Positions 1-14,460 of a stretch of DNA of 64,000 nucleotides are shown piece after piece; within the stretch, counting starts at the first letter, position 1; every line of letters starts with the position of its first letter. The position numbers and the translations under genes are program-made. The notes below the pieces were generated by a model. It was not told the origin of the DNA, made no database searches, and worked only from the letters and a program-made list of their open reading frames with translations. The stretch comes from Octopus sinensis (lineage: Eukaryota): the NCBI RefSeq assembly GCF_006345805.1, contig NC_043008.1, positions 18,848,001 to 18,912,000 of the forward strand. The letters are read 5' to 3'.

Positions 1-445
1 CACACGTAGCCTTACTAAGATATTTATAGGTATGTATAAGAGTCTGTAACAGCAAGCTTAAGAGTTCGTTTAACTTTAGACTGCGATTTTTTCCTATCCA
101 GCTTTCATATTCTACGAATCTGACAGTCTTTTTGACGAACATTTGTAGATGCTGGAGATTGCTAGTATTCTTTCTTAACAGTCTTAAGTGTGTCTCTTAC
201 ATTGCCTAGCATGAAAATATTTGAAATTTTTGATATTCCTATTGCTTTTCAGATAGTGATCGATGGAAGAGATCAGAATCACGGTATAAATGGAAAGTAC
301 TTTCGTTTTGCTTTACCGAGGATTTTCGTCGCTAATTTTCACAGAATATATGGCAAGGGCGTTAGCTAGCTTCGATTCAGGATTTGGAGTGTATTATTTG
401 AGATTACGATTGCAAGGTATCTATTATGGTTCTTGGTTCTTTGAA

Positions 446-675
446 GGCGGCGAGCTGGCCGAAACGTTAGCACGCCGGGCGAAATGCGTAGCCGTATTTC
501 GTCTGTCGTTAAGTTCCGAGATCAAATTCCGCCGAGGACAACTTTGCTTTCATCCTTTCGGGGTCGATAAATTAAGTACCAGTTACGCACTGGGGTCGAT
601 GTAATCGACTTAATCCTTTTGTCTGACCTTGTTTGTCCCCTCTGTAAATAGCCCTTTGTGGGTAGTAAAGAAATA
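446..675 (+). mobile_element. tRNA-derived SINE family A, full copy with LINE-type tail
   Basis: Head GGCGGCGAGCTGGCCGAAACGTTAG; body GCTTTCATCCTTTCGGGGTCGATAAATTAAGTACCAG, which from memory resembles the MetaSINE domain; tail AGCCCTTTGTGGGTAGTAAAGAAATA. Many homologous copies in the window. Confidence 0.9.
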
Positions 676-913
676 TATTATTGCTAACTACACTATGTAA
701 AGTTTACTTTGTTTTGTCGCTAAAGTTGCATAAAAATGCATACCTGTTTTTCTGTGGTTTAATCTCTTGTTTAGTCGTGTGCTGTTTAGTTCTGTTTCTA
801 AAATATATAATGTTGATCTCGGGAATATTTGTGAATGGCTGTGATTTTTATCAGGTTGATTATTTATGAAATGCAACTGGGATGTATCTTTTTGTGCGTC
901 TTAGATTGTTAAT

Positions 914-1055
914 TGTGGTGTGGACGCCCCCAGACGATGAAGTAGGCTAGCCCAATACGTAGATATAGAGGGAGAAGCCTAGACGTCAAAAGAACAGAGT
1001 AGTGAAGAGTAGAGGAGAGTTGAGTAATAAAGGCATCCGAACGTGCGACACAACA
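914..1055 (+). mobile_element. possible short solo LTR
   Basis: TG...CA ends with an 8/10 terminal inverted match, AATAAA near the 3' end, flanks TTAAT/TTCAT (4/5 TSD). Confidence 0.3.
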
Positions 1056-1239
1056 TTCATATAAATTAAGAATACGATTGTAGGTGCATTTATTTTGCTT
1101 CCTGCATATACATTACATAATTAATGACGGTGTTGGGGGTTCATATCTGAAAAACCTTGATAAAGATTATTGACAGAAGTTGTATAACTGAGCGCTTTGG
1201 AAATCTGTAAAGTGATTTTTCATTCTTTATTGTCGTATT

Positions 1240-1460
1240 CTTTCATTCTTTTACTTGTTTCAGTCATTTAACTGTGGCCATGCTGGAAAACCACCTTTAG
1301 TCGAACAAATCGACCCAAGAACTTATTTTTTTGCAAGGATAGTTCTTATTCTATCAGGAAGTTTTGCAGAACCCCTAACTTACGGGTACATAACACATCA
1401 ACATCGGTTGTCAAGCGATGATGGGGCAACAAACACAAACACAAACACACACACACATAT
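1240..1460 (-). mobile_element. SINE family B, 3' half ending in its internal microsatellite
   Basis: Matches the tail half of the full copies at 5281-5697 and 20295-20710. Confidence 0.85.
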
Positions 1461-1462
1461 AT

Positions 1463-1520
<58 letters not shown>

Positions 1521-1525
<5 letters not shown>

Positions 1526-1691
1526 GGAGTTTACGAAAGAAAACAAAAGACGAAGACAGGTGGTGTAAAAAACAAACAGATGTATTAGTATAACGCTCAG
1601 GAATAGAAAAAGTCTTTTACGTTTCGAGCCTACGCTCTTCTACAGAAAGGGACACAGAAAAAACAAGGAGAGAAAAAAATGTGCGTAGTCG

Positions 1692-1692
<1 letters not shown>
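1521..1692 (-). mobile_element. PLE-like mini-element inserted in (TA)n, HHR-bearing (family H1)
   Basis: Flanked by (TA)n on both sides; homologous to 5801-5985 and 18141-18335. Confidence 0.75.
1614..1649 (-). ncRNA. minimal type I hammerhead ribozyme motif, A6U core variant
   Basis: Minus strand CUUU-CUGUAGA-A-GAGC-GUAG-GCUC-GAAA-CG-UA-AAAG: stem I CUUU/AAAG, 4-bp stem II, loopless palindromic stem III ACGU. Confidence 0.65.
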
Positions 1693-1727
<35 letters not shown>

Positions 1728-2389
1728 TTAATAAGGGTGAGAGAATTAGATACTAATTTAATAGTATATCTATTCAACACCAAGTGGCCTAGTGCTCCGA
1801 GAAACCTGGATTATTATAATATTTTATAATATATTATTTTATTTTATATTATATATATATATATATATATTCATTTTTTCAAACTAGTCACCATGCCTAA
1901 CCGCTAAATACCACGAGTTTCTTTTTTTCTCTCTGTTTATTTCATCGTGTTACTTTCTGTTTGACTGCATGTGACTATGCGAGATTGCGTGGGCGCATGC
2001 GCGCACGTATGCATGTGTGTGTGTGTCTGTGTGTGTCTGTGTAAACATGAGTCCATGTGAATGTATGCGAAATTATGTGCATATTTATCTATATGGCTTC
2101 CATATTGTGCAACATGTTTATATAGGAAAAGACATTCGTGACGGATTTTCCGCACGTCTCCATGTCAGGAATAAAATAATAAATATACAATAAATAGACC
2201 GAATAAAAGAATGTCTGTTTTTTTTTAATTCTGTTGCTTTTATTCGTTATTTCAGTGTATATCAATGTGACATTGTGTTTCTAATGCAATACACAAATCC
2301 GGATTGCTACAACTAAACTGAAGATCAAATTGTTGACAGATCGAGAGTCAAGCTGTCAATGGTTATTGCAATTTTCCTCGACTACCATT

Positions 2390-2397
2390 ATACATAA

Positions 2398-2430
<33 letters not shown>

Positions 2431-2584
2431 AATATATATATATATACATATGAATGTGTGTATATACATATGAGCGTATATACATATGAATGTGTGTATA
2501 TACACACATATATATATACATATATATACATACACATATACATGCATATATTTAGATTTATATATGCACATATATATATCTATA

Positions 2585-2616
<32 letters not shown>

Positions 2617-2752
2617 CATTTATATGCATATATGTATAGATATATGTACATATGTATGTATTATGCATAAATGTATATATATATATGTACCTGGATATAC
2701 ATATGTATTTGTATATGTGTACATATATACACACACACAAACACATATACAT

Positions 2753-2794
<42 letters not shown>

Positions 2795-2810
2795 ACATAT
2801 ATATATATAT

Positions 2811-2856
<46 letters not shown>

Positions 2857-3020
2857 GTACGTATGTGTGTATATATACACATGTACACAATATTACCGTC
2901 AATATATACATACACATGCACACAAACATACATATATACATATAGATATAAGTGTACACAAACACACACACACACACAAACACAAAGACACACATGCATA
3001 CACTTATATGCACACACCTA
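2390..3020. repeat. compound (TA)n/(CA)n microsatellite
   Basis: Direct inspection. Confidence 0.95.
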
Positions 3021-3361
3021 TTTCTTTTTTAATCTTGTTTGTGGTAACAGTGTTTTTCTATGATTTGTTTGGTTCTTTACATGTTTTTCCCCTTCATTAT
3101 TAAGCACTTTGAAAACGTGAAGCCCAGTTAATTTGTGACAGGATGGTGTTTACATGTATTTACTAATTCATAAACACACAATTATACCTGACACATGGCT
3201 TGTCACTATTCCCCTGCTACCTAAGCTTTTATAATGAATTATTAAAACTTCACATGGAAAACTTTCCTATAGATGTAGCTGTGTCAATTTGGCTTTCTAA
3301 CTTATATGGCTATGTTAATACATTTTTTAAAAACGAAATATGGCTTCATTGAATATATATG

Positions 3362-3406
<45 letters not shown>

Positions 3407-3415
3407 GGATGGATG

Positions 3416-3503
<88 letters not shown>

Positions 3504-3518
3504 TATATATATAGATAT

Positions 3519-3572
<54 letters not shown>

Positions 3573-3627
3573 TGATTGATAGATAGAGAGGTTGGTAGGT
3601 AGGTAGATAGATAGATTGGTAGGTAGG

Positions 3628-3707
<80 letters not shown>

Positions 3708-3728
3708 GAGAGACAGACAGAGAGAGAC

Positions 3729-3759
<31 letters not shown>

Positions 3760-3800
3760 TAGATAGATAGAGAGAGAGAGGGAGAGAAAGAGAGAGATAG
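3362..3800. repeat. (GATA)n/(GACA)n/(GA)n microsatellite
   Basis: Direct inspection. Confidence 0.95.
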
Positions 3801-4129
3801 ATTATTTAAAACTCATAAAGAAACGTATGGATGTGTGTATGTATGTCATGAATTCGTAATAACTACATTTGCCTCAAGGATATTCGCAAATCTTCTCATT
3901 TTTAAGTAAACACAGAAATATATGATGTAACCTTTTAGTAAATCAAAAATGATGTCCAAAAAACATGGCTTCCTTTTCGAAATTACATCACTTCCGTTCA
4001 TGCGAGAAGCTACGAAATCGGTCAAGAGTCCTATACTCCCTGCCTATTCAAATAAATTTGACAAAATGAGCTCAGTTGAAAAAAAATTGAAGAAAAGTGA
4101 AATGAGTGACATACAAAATAGAATCAAAA

Positions 4130-4715
4130 GGCGGCGAGCTGGCAGAAACGTTAGGGAAATACCGAGAGAAATGCGTAACCGTATTTCGTCTGCATTACGT
4201 TCTGAGTTTAAATTCTGCCGAGGTCGACTTTGCCTTTCATCCTTTCGGGGTCAAGTAAATAAGTACCAGTTGTGCACTGGGGCCGATATAATCGACTTAA
4301 TCCATATGTCTGTCCTTGTTTGTCCTCTCTGTGTTTAGCCCCTTGTGGGTAGTAAAGAAATTGGTATTTCGTTTGTCTTTGCGTTCTGAGTTCAAATTCC
4401 GCCTTAGGTCGATTTTGCCTTTCATCCTTTCGGGGTCGATAACTTAAGTAATTGTTGCGTACTGGAGTCGATCTAATCGACTGGCCCCCTCCCAAAAAAT
4501 TCCAAACCTTGTGCCAAGAGTAGAAAAGAATATATTCTTTAAGGCGGCAAGCTGGCAGAGACTTAGCGCTATTTTTTCTGTCGCTACGCTCTGAGTTCAA
4601 ATTCCGCCGGGATCGACCGGGGTCGATAAATTGAGTATCAGTGATTTCTAGGGTCAATCTAATCGACCGTTCATCTCCCTAAAAATTTTGAGCCTTGTGC
4701 CTAGTGTAGAAAAAA
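4130..4715 (+). mobile_element. SINE family A head-to-tail cluster (3 units)
   Basis: Unit 1 ends AGTAAAGAAA (4360) and runs into GGTATTTCGT of a headless unit with a different tail; unit 3 starts near 4543. Confidence 0.9.
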
Positions 4716-4969
4716 TAAAATAAAACCCTTTGGAGATCTCGGTGATCCGGCTTACGTCTCGTTGTTATTCTGATCAAAGATTTAGTTTAAGGGAAAATTT
4801 AAGCGGCTTGATTCCATAAAATACTTATTTGTTTTGAGAAAAGGATGACTGCCAATCTTGTTTCCATTAATTATAGGTTTCCATTGGTGAAATAAGCTAA
4901 GAAACTGGTAAACTATTTTCAAATTGCTGCTATTTCCATGCTTTCGCAAATTACCATCTACCTAGTTTC

Positions 4970-5169
4970 AGTCATTAGGCTGCGGCCATGCTGGGGGACG
5001 CCATGGGGAATTTTTTGTCGAACGACTCCACTCCAATAGAGATTTTCTTTCTCTTTTTTCCATTTAAAGCCTAGAACTTATTCTATCGTCACTTTTGCCG
5101 AACCGCTAGCTTACGGGGACATAAAAATATATGTATGCATGTATGCATATGTTTTATTTATTGAATTGT

Positions 5170-5213
<44 letters not shown>

Positions 5214-5270
5214 TTAAATCCTTAAAAATGTTTTAGCCCGAAGGCCGCGGCCATGCTGGGGCACCACCGT
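4970..5270 (-). mobile_element. SINE family B partial copies
   Basis: GCGGCCATGCTGG and TTTTGCCGAACCGCTA motifs of the family B tail. Confidence 0.7.
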
Positions 5271-5280
5271 ATATATATAT

Positions 5281-5985
<705 letters not shown>

Positions 5986-6413
5986 ATTATATATATATAT
6001 TTATTCGTGTGCGTGACAATAATCCTCTATATGTACGAAAGGAAGGAAGTTGTTTATGTGAATCTTATTGAATTAATAAATTTTAAAGTTTTCCTCTCAC
6101 CCACACTCTTTTTACTTGTATGCATATGCATTTGAACGTTCGCATGTGTGTTTGTGCATTCATTTATATATCTGTGTGTGTCTGTGTGTGCATGTTTGCC
6201 TCTATCCTAAAAATGTACTGTACCTAAAACAGTTTGAATATTCAGTCAGTCGTGCCAAAATCTCAGCCTCCAAACTGCTCCGCCTAATAGTCTCATTCCG
6301 CCAAATAAACACCCAGTTTATTCTATTGGTCGAGATACCACATATGCAACATAATTAATGACGAGGTGATTATGATTTTAAATTCAGCGAGAATCATTGT
6401 ATTTTTCTACATA

Positions 6414-6818
6414 TCTATATATATAAAAGTGAGGTTGTGTGGTGTCTGTCTCCTACGATTTAGATTCCTAATTACTCCCACATTTTGCGGTGCAGTTTAA
6501 CCAAAACCGGGTATCTTATAGTCGTGATTCATATCGAGCCCTTCTGGGTATTAGCGCGCGTCTACGATGCGGCTACGATTTTAAAAAAAGTTACGATCAT
6601 TTTTTCCCATTTTAATGCATTTTATTTGCTATTATATAAGGGAAGTAACTCTCTAAAAATGTATTATTAAATCTCAGAACGTAAAAAGCTACAGTAACAC
6701 CCCTCCCCCTTTGTGGTTAGCCATATTGAGATGGCTATTACACTTTACATCTCTAAAAATTCTTATATAGTTATTTCCCTTACAAACCCGCGCAACGCCG
6801 GGTGATACTATGCTGAGT
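6414..6818 (+). mobile_element. non-autonomous Helitron
   Basis: 5' A|TCTATATATATAAAA; 3' GC hairpin CCCGCGCAACGCCGGG at 6787-6802; the CTAG terminus is degenerate. Confidence 0.7.
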
Positions 6819-7480
6819 AGGAAAAATATATCGGCAACTCCAAGCGTTATTAGACAGCTAAGGCAATCATGACGAATTATAACTATTAAAACGAGGCCTT
6901 GTGATGTAATATGAAAGCGATGCATTGTCACACAAACACACACACGATGCCTCAGTCACATGCAGACTTGAGCATGCGCACACTGTCACGCACATTCACA
7001 CCAGAAGTTTCATTAATGTATTAATGTCTCTAGTGGAAATCTACCGGAAGGCTTAGACCTTGATATGAACAGAAGAATCAGAAGGAGACGATCTGACGCA
7101 GCTCTTCAGACATTGACGATCTTGCGAAGCTGTTTTGACGCCGACGTCTTGGCAGAATTGAGTGGATATTCAGCCTGTTTTTGACGATATGACATTTTGG
7201 TGCTGGAGACAAACACACGAGCATGTACATACATACATATACACACGCGCGCACAGCGCAAGCACGCACACACACCGAGTCCCACATGCAAAGATTTGCA
7301 CACAGAAATAGAAATGGTGACAGCGTGAGGAAAAGAAAGAGGGACATTAAAGGGAGGGGCAGTTAAAGTTTATTAATTGATCAAGATTGACATTGACATT
7401 AAGCTCCTCTCCCACCTCCGCACACAAAAGTAGAATATGCTCAAACACATAACCACAGAGAGAGAGAGGCAGAGAGAGGC

Positions 7481-7549
<69 letters not shown>

Positions 7550-7597
7550 GAGGTAAAGGTGGGATAAAACCAGAGAAGCAGTAAAAAGTCTAATATC

Positions 7598-7828
7598 TAT
7601 TTCTTTACTATCCACAAGGGGCTAAACATAGAGGGGACGAACAAGGACAGACATAGGTATTAAGTCGATTACATCGACCCCAGTGCGTAACTGGTGCTTA
7701 ATTTATCGACCCCGAAAGGATGAAAGGCAAAGTCGACCTCGGCGGAATTTGAACTCAGAACGTAACGGTAGACGAAATACCGCCAAGCATTTCGCCCGGC
7801 GTGCTAACGGTTCTGCCAGCTCGCCGTC
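7598..7828 (-). mobile_element. SINE family A, full copy with 16-bp TSD
   Basis: TAAAAAGTCTAATATC at 7582-7597 and 7829-7844. Confidence 0.95.
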
Positions 7829-8049
7829 TAAAAAGTCTAATATCAAATAAGTCAGCGTTGAATCAGAGACACCCAAGTGCCACAGCATCTCAAAGCCCAA
7901 GCGTATACATGAAAAAGGCATAATTAATGCACTATAGTCTGGTATGAAACAGATTTTACATTATAAAGCAGTTCCTCGATTAGCAGTTTATAGCAGTTTT
8001 ATATATATATGAGTGTGTGTGTGTGTGTGTGTGAGACCGCATGTGTATC

Positions 8050-8237
8050 GTTGGTGATTTTCTTTCTGCGTCTTCTCTTCCATGGACCTTTCCTTTTTCT
8101 ATGTTCCTGACGAAGAGCTCCGCTCGAAACGTTACTTACGCCTCCTTTCCTTACGTTACTTGAGCGCCCAATAACACTATACTTGTTCCACGTCCTCGAG
8201 TTGTTGTGTTTTCTCTTTGTTCATGTTTGGATTAACT
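8050..8237 (+). mobile_element. PLE-like mini-element related to H1; canonical HHR core at 8107-8133
   Basis: CUGACGA-A-GAGC-UCC-GCUC-GAAA-CGUU; downstream TGAGCG...TAA is shared with H1; ends in (TA)n. Stem I is decayed. Confidence 0.6.
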
Positions 8238-8654
8238 ATATATAAATATATATATATATATATGAAGAGTGGTTGTTAATAAAGCGACGAGGAAGGGACA
8301 AATGAGAAAGTGTCAATATATCAACAAGAAAAACAAACTGTCGGAGAAAGGTAATTGACAGATACCCCCTTATTTGACTCCTGTGAAAATATAAGATGGG
8401 ACGCTAAACTACATGAGCAATATAATAGATAGCCATGTATAAACCTGTCTAGTATAATCTCTGTTCATCCGAGAAATTATATGTATATATATTATTACAT
8501 TTATAAATATATATATATATATATATATGTGTATATATGTATATATACATATATATGTATGTATGTGTGTATATATGTATATATGTATGTATGTATATAC
8601 CGACATACATATATACGTAATGCATATATATATTACATTTATATGTATTATGCG

Positions 8655-8685
<31 letters not shown>

Positions 8686-9542
8686 GCTTTAAATATTTTG
8701 TTTTTATTTTAAATTAAATTATGGCAATCTTTCAGAATATATTTAACAAGAATTTTATTTTTATTGATTACATTTCTTTAAATAAGATTCTGTTTACCGA
8801 AATTATTTTCTTGTTAAGTAATAGCTGTTTCAAACTATTAAATTATTTACAAACCTATTAGTTTGGATCTTTTCTGCAACACAAATCTGTCTTTCTTCTC
8901 ACTTCTATTAACCAGGTTTTTCTTTTCCTCTCACTCTCTCTTTCTCACTCTCTCTCTCTCTCTTTCTCTTTGTCTCTCTCCCTCTCTTCCTTCCCGTATC
9001 GCTTTTCTTAATTTTGCTTCAGTTATATTTGTCTGGTTTTTGGTGGATTTTTTTTTCTTTTTACTATTTTCCAAATATTTTCTTTCTACAAATATTTATC
9101 GTTCTTACATTTAAAATGAAATTTAAATTGTTTATTTTTATCTAATTTTTTTCACTCTGCTCCATATCGTGTTTAATTTAACGACAGATAGTTGGTAGAA
9201 GCGATAATGTTTTTCATATAAATACAATATTTAGCTTTGTCTCATTCTATTATATGTTCAAATCACATTAGAATCGACATTTCCTTTCATTACGTAAAGC
9301 AATTACCTCTAATACACTAAAAGCTATATATTTCTTCTGTATCTTTATTCTGCAAACACTGGAAGATAAAAAAAGAAAAGCCCAATACTTTACGTAATAC
9401 ATTTGTTGAGTTTCGTTAGCCAAGATGCAAATTCCAACAAACCAAGTCTGTAATGTTCCAAATTCCCGTTTAAAGTCATTTCACTTCTTTTATGCCGCTT
9501 ATGTCCTTGGAACACATAAATATTACATGCATATTCATTCAG

Positions 9543-9830
9543 TCTTCTTCTTCTTCTTTTCTTCTTCTTCTTCTTCTTCTTCTTCTTTCTTCTTCTTCTT
9601 CTTCTTCTTTTCTTCTTCTTCTTCTTCTTCTTCTTCTTTTCTTCTTCTTTCCTTCTTCTTCTTCTTCTTTCCTTCTTCTTCTTTCCTTCTTCTTCTTCTT
9701 CTTTCCTTCTTCTTCTTCTTCTTCTTCTTTTTCTTCTTCTTCTTCTTCTTCTTCTTCTTCTTCTTCTTTTCTTCTTCTTCTTCTTCACCATCATCATAAT
9801 AATCATCATAATCATCATCATAATCATCGT
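9543..9830. repeat. (CTT)n plus (CAT)n microsatellite
   Basis: Direct inspection; explains the poly-K/R/E/S/F ORFs. Confidence 0.95.
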
Positions 9831-11299
9831 CACCTTCTTCCCTCTTTTTCCCACCTAAAATGTCGAAAACTTGTAACAAGTAAAAACAATATTTTAATTA
9901 ATAACTGAAAAATTTGCAGAAACATTTTATTTTAGAGTAGTAGCTATATGGACTTTACATCCTTGTTACACTTCGAAATCCAAAAAAAGCTGTGTTGATC
10001 ATTCTTCCCTCCAGGGCCAATAAAATAAATGCCTGTTAAATGAAAAACATATATCCTTATGGTTTTAGAAAACAATAGATATTTTGTGTAAGATTGTTAT
10101 GTTGATATTTGAAAGAAAAAACGGTTCGATCACGTTTGCTTAACTTTCGTAAATAATTAAACATGAATACACTTTTCTTTTTTCAAACCTTAGAGCGTGT
10201 GGTTGAATTTCCACACTAATTTACGTATACGTTGCTAAAAGGCTATTTGTAGCGGCGATCAAACAAATTTACTGCATCGATTTTTGGAGCTTCCTACTAA
10301 ACATAGTCTGATTACCGACCTAATGTTGACCTACTTTATATACGACGTAAATTAAAATGGCTACACAAGTCCAAAAGCGGTGCGATCGTTTGATTGGTTG
10401 GTTTATGTGAAAGTCTTGATTATCTCACGCTCAACTTATCAAAGGAAAGGAACGAAGGTTTGTGAGTTGGCAAAGAAAACAAACGAACTAAATTATTGCA
10501 AGGTAGCGAGATTAAAGCGGCATTTTAAAATAACAACCATTATTTAAAACTCTGTTTCATTATATTCAACGTTCTAAAAGGAACCTTAAACAGCCAGCTG
10601 CCTAAGATTTCAACAAACGAAATACACTCATTTATATCCTTATTTTCATGTGTGTGTGTGTGTGTTTACATTTGCAAAACATACTTCTAATACATTTGCA
10701 TGATTCGCCTATTAATTGAAAACAAGACTAAATACGCTCGTGCATATTTGATGTGGTTTGTGAAGCAGACGCGTAAATAATCTTTTAATTAAGAATCGAA
10801 TCTTAAGCAAGTAATGTTTGAAGACACAAAATCAAGTCCCGACAGAATCGCTAAATATAATAAATCTTCAGTGTAGAATAATATTGGGGTATTGAAAAAA
10901 ACGAACAGGCTTTATGGATTAAAGTAATTGCTAGTTGAATAAACAGCAGTGTATTACTGGTATTTAGTTTATCAACCCAAATTAAATGGAAATCAGAGAC
11001 ATGCACAATAGGATTCGAAATCGTAATATATAAAGTTAAAGGAAAAAAAGTACATGGAAACTTGCATTCCTATTAAGTTCCCAAATTTGCAATGTAAATT
11101 GAAATATGGAAAAAAAAAAAGGAAAAGAAAATTCGTAATTGGCTGAATTTAGATATTTGCAACTTGTTTTTGTTTTTGCATTAATGGTTCTAACAGCGAT
11201 TAAAAGAAAGTCTGCAGTCTCATTAACAAATGAAATGACTAGAAATAAGATGTGCATGAAACTAAATCCCAAACTTCAGCGATGTTACAGGGAAATAAT

Positions 11300-11515
11300 T
11301 CTTCCAAATTTTGGTACAAGATCAGCAGTTTTAAGGGCATGATAAACGATTAAATCCACTCTCGGTTCTTGAATGGTTCTTTAGTCTATCGAATCTGAAG
11401 GGAAGAGAGTAAAGATGACTTTAACGGTATTTGTACGGAGGACGTAAAGATCCGGAAAGACTGCCACTAAGCATTTTCTCAAACGCGCTAACCATTCTAC
11501 CAGTTCACTGCCTTG
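11300..11515 (-). mobile_element. degenerate SINE family A (more at about 9190-9300, 10950-11030, 12190-12365)
   Basis: Residual CTAAGCATTT...GCTAAC...CAG motif. Confidence 0.55.
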
Positions 11516-13632
11516 AAACAGAGAAATAATAACCAAATACCCGTAGAAAACTTACACCTTAGCTTGCCATATAGAACAGTCCTCTATATATATGCGTCAT
11601 ATCCTATCGTTTGGCATACTAGATATCGTGGGTTGTCTGCTCCATTAGCGCTCATTGAAAGCCACATAGTGAAGAAAAGAAGTTAAGGGTCTGTAAGGGT
11701 CAGAGTTGGCCATTCATATCCACATGTAGGTGAATTTTGAGAAATACCTCTCAGTAGTTTAATTTGTAACAGCTGTGCAGTAATTACTTCTTAGACAATG
11801 TTATCAGAATGTACAGAACAGGATTTTTTCAAAAGTTCCAGTCGTTGTTGCGGCGTGTTAGTTTATATGTCTCTATAACCTTGAGAGCAAGCTCCTGGTG
11901 AGACATCCCATGCTGGACAGGTCATGAATAGAGGCCAGACAAATATGGAATACCTCTTTCCAGAGATAAAAATGTGTTTACGTTGGGCCAGCATCCATAC
12001 GTATAAAAAAAAACAGCAAAGTTACAAAATCGTTAATGACTATTCTAAACCAATAAAACCTGGGATAAGAAATCATCTTCAACAGACCATAGCTGTGAAC
12101 CGTAGAGATATGATGTCGATGGACTCTGCTCCATAGGGAACGAAGTGCTGACATAACTTGAGAAAAGAAATAACTACCATAAGGTATCTTGGTCGACCCT
12201 TCACAGCTTAACTAAATCACACCCTTGTATATTTGGTATATTTTGTCATCAACGCCAAAAGTAATACCAACTGCGGTCAGACTTGAAATCAGAACACAGC
12301 CAGTCGAAATAAATACCGCGAACCATTCTATACAACGCTGTTTTGTCTATGCCAATTCGCTGCTGTAATAATCATGGCAATTAAATAAGCAGCTTTTATG
12401 TTCAGAGAGCTTGGAAGCATTCTGTATGAAAATTTTGACTTCACAGCTTCAATGCAATAATTGCTCATATTACTGAAACACTCACCATTAATTACTCCAT
12501 GAGAAATATACAGCCAAAGCATTCGTATTTGGTCTCAGAGTCTCTGATAACTTTTAGTTGCACTCACATATTCGATATAGGCAATTGACTCCCAGAGATT
12601 CTTCTTATGACTGATATTTTACATGATTTTATATCAGTACTAGTTATATGTCTAGAATAAATCAACTGCCAAATCCATAAAAACGACATCCGACTAACAA
12701 AAACTGAAGTACCCAGTCGCCATGAGGCCACCCCAGCATCGAAGTACTGAGAGCTCCCTCTATCATTTCTATTGTAAATCCAATTATTTCCATACCAAAG
12801 TGTGTACAATCCCACCCAGAAATCAATAGAAATGTCTTTTCTCTCGTTATCGTAACACTTCATCATTTCCTAAAGATTCAACTGAAATCAATTTTCAGAT
12901 CATTTTCCCAGCCATGCACCCCAGAAACAAACTGCTCTCAAACTCCCTCCATACACTCTTTATCAAATGCAGTTAAGAGGAGCCAACGTTTGGTCTGGAA
13001 TTATTGGATGGCACTTAGAGAAATGCTCAACAAACATTTCTAAAAATTATGCCTTCTATGTCGTGACAGTTGAAATATAAACAAAACAATCACTGACAAC
13101 GTCAATTTTCTTCAAACAAATGGAAACATAATATTTAATACCACGCAATGCAAGATGACCTCCAAGCATTGCAGATCTTGACATTTTATTAACGATTTAT
13201 AATAGCTGGGGGGTCAACAACTTTTCCATCTAGTCATTCTTTTTACAAGAAGCAGTAAACATGAATTTATTCAGTACAAATCAATTGGTTTTGCAGTCAA
13301 GATCGGCGCACAATGGTGATTTACTGGACAATTAGTCACTTAAAACAAAATTACAAACTCCACATAAAAATGTCTTTCGATTACACCCACTCATACATAT
13401 TTCTCTCTCCTCTCTCTTTCTCTCCCTTTTTCACTTCTATTCATTAATCCTTATTTCTTTTCTCTTCGCACTCGCTCTTTCTTTCTCTCTTTCTCTCCCC
13501 AACCGGCTTCTTCTTTCTTATATTTCTATACATATTTCTATCTACTGATTTACAAGCCTGGCAATTTAACAGTCACCTCTCAATTAACTCAGTTTTTTTC
13601 TCGTTCACCCTATTATTTAGTTCCCCCTTCCT

Positions 13633-13635
<3 letters not shown>

Positions 13636-13699
<64 letters not shown>

Positions 13700-13906
13700 C
13701 CAGTAAGTATACATATACCCAAACGAGCGAAGACACATATACATACACACAGATATATATATATAACCAGGTAGATAAATATATAGATATATATGTATTT
13801 ACATATATATATGTATCTCTCTTTTTTCGCCGTGTATATTTATATATATATATGCATATATATATACATATATGTGTATATATATACATATATATATATA
13901 TATTAT

Positions 13907-13982
<76 letters not shown>

Positions 13983-14460
13983 TTTGTGTGTACACACATA
14001 CATATATGCGTGCGTATTTGTGTATCTATATCTATATTTGTATGATTCAAAATTTTATATATGTATTTTCATATATTCGTAATTTATACATACATGCATA
14101 CGTATAGATTTATACACATGTATGTATCTATGTATTTGCATGCGTGTATTCGTGTATGTATAGTGCGTACTTATGGATATGTGTAGGTAGGTATGTAGGT
14201 TTATGTGTATGTATGTATGTATGTATGTATGTATGTATGTATGTATGTATGCACGTATGTATGTATGTATGTATGCATGTATGTATGTATGTATGTATGC
14301 ATGTATGTATGTACGTATATATGTATGTATGCATGTATGTATGTAAGTATGTATGTATGTATGTATGTATGTATGTATGTATGTATGTATGTATGTATGC
14401 ATGCATGTATGTATGTATGTATGTATGTATGTATGTATGTATGTATGTATGCATGTATGT
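13636..14460. repeat. (TA)n and (TATG)n microsatellite block
   Basis: Direct inspection. Confidence 0.95.

Noticed and set aside
446-530. tRNA genes at SINE heads
   Set aside because: A/B boxes are present but there is no complete cloverleaf and the sequence continues into SINE bodies.
7106-7205. Minus-strand acceptor plus short ORF MSYRQKQAEYPLNSAK
   Set aside because: Only 29 codons, no recognisable homology; likely a repeat remnant.
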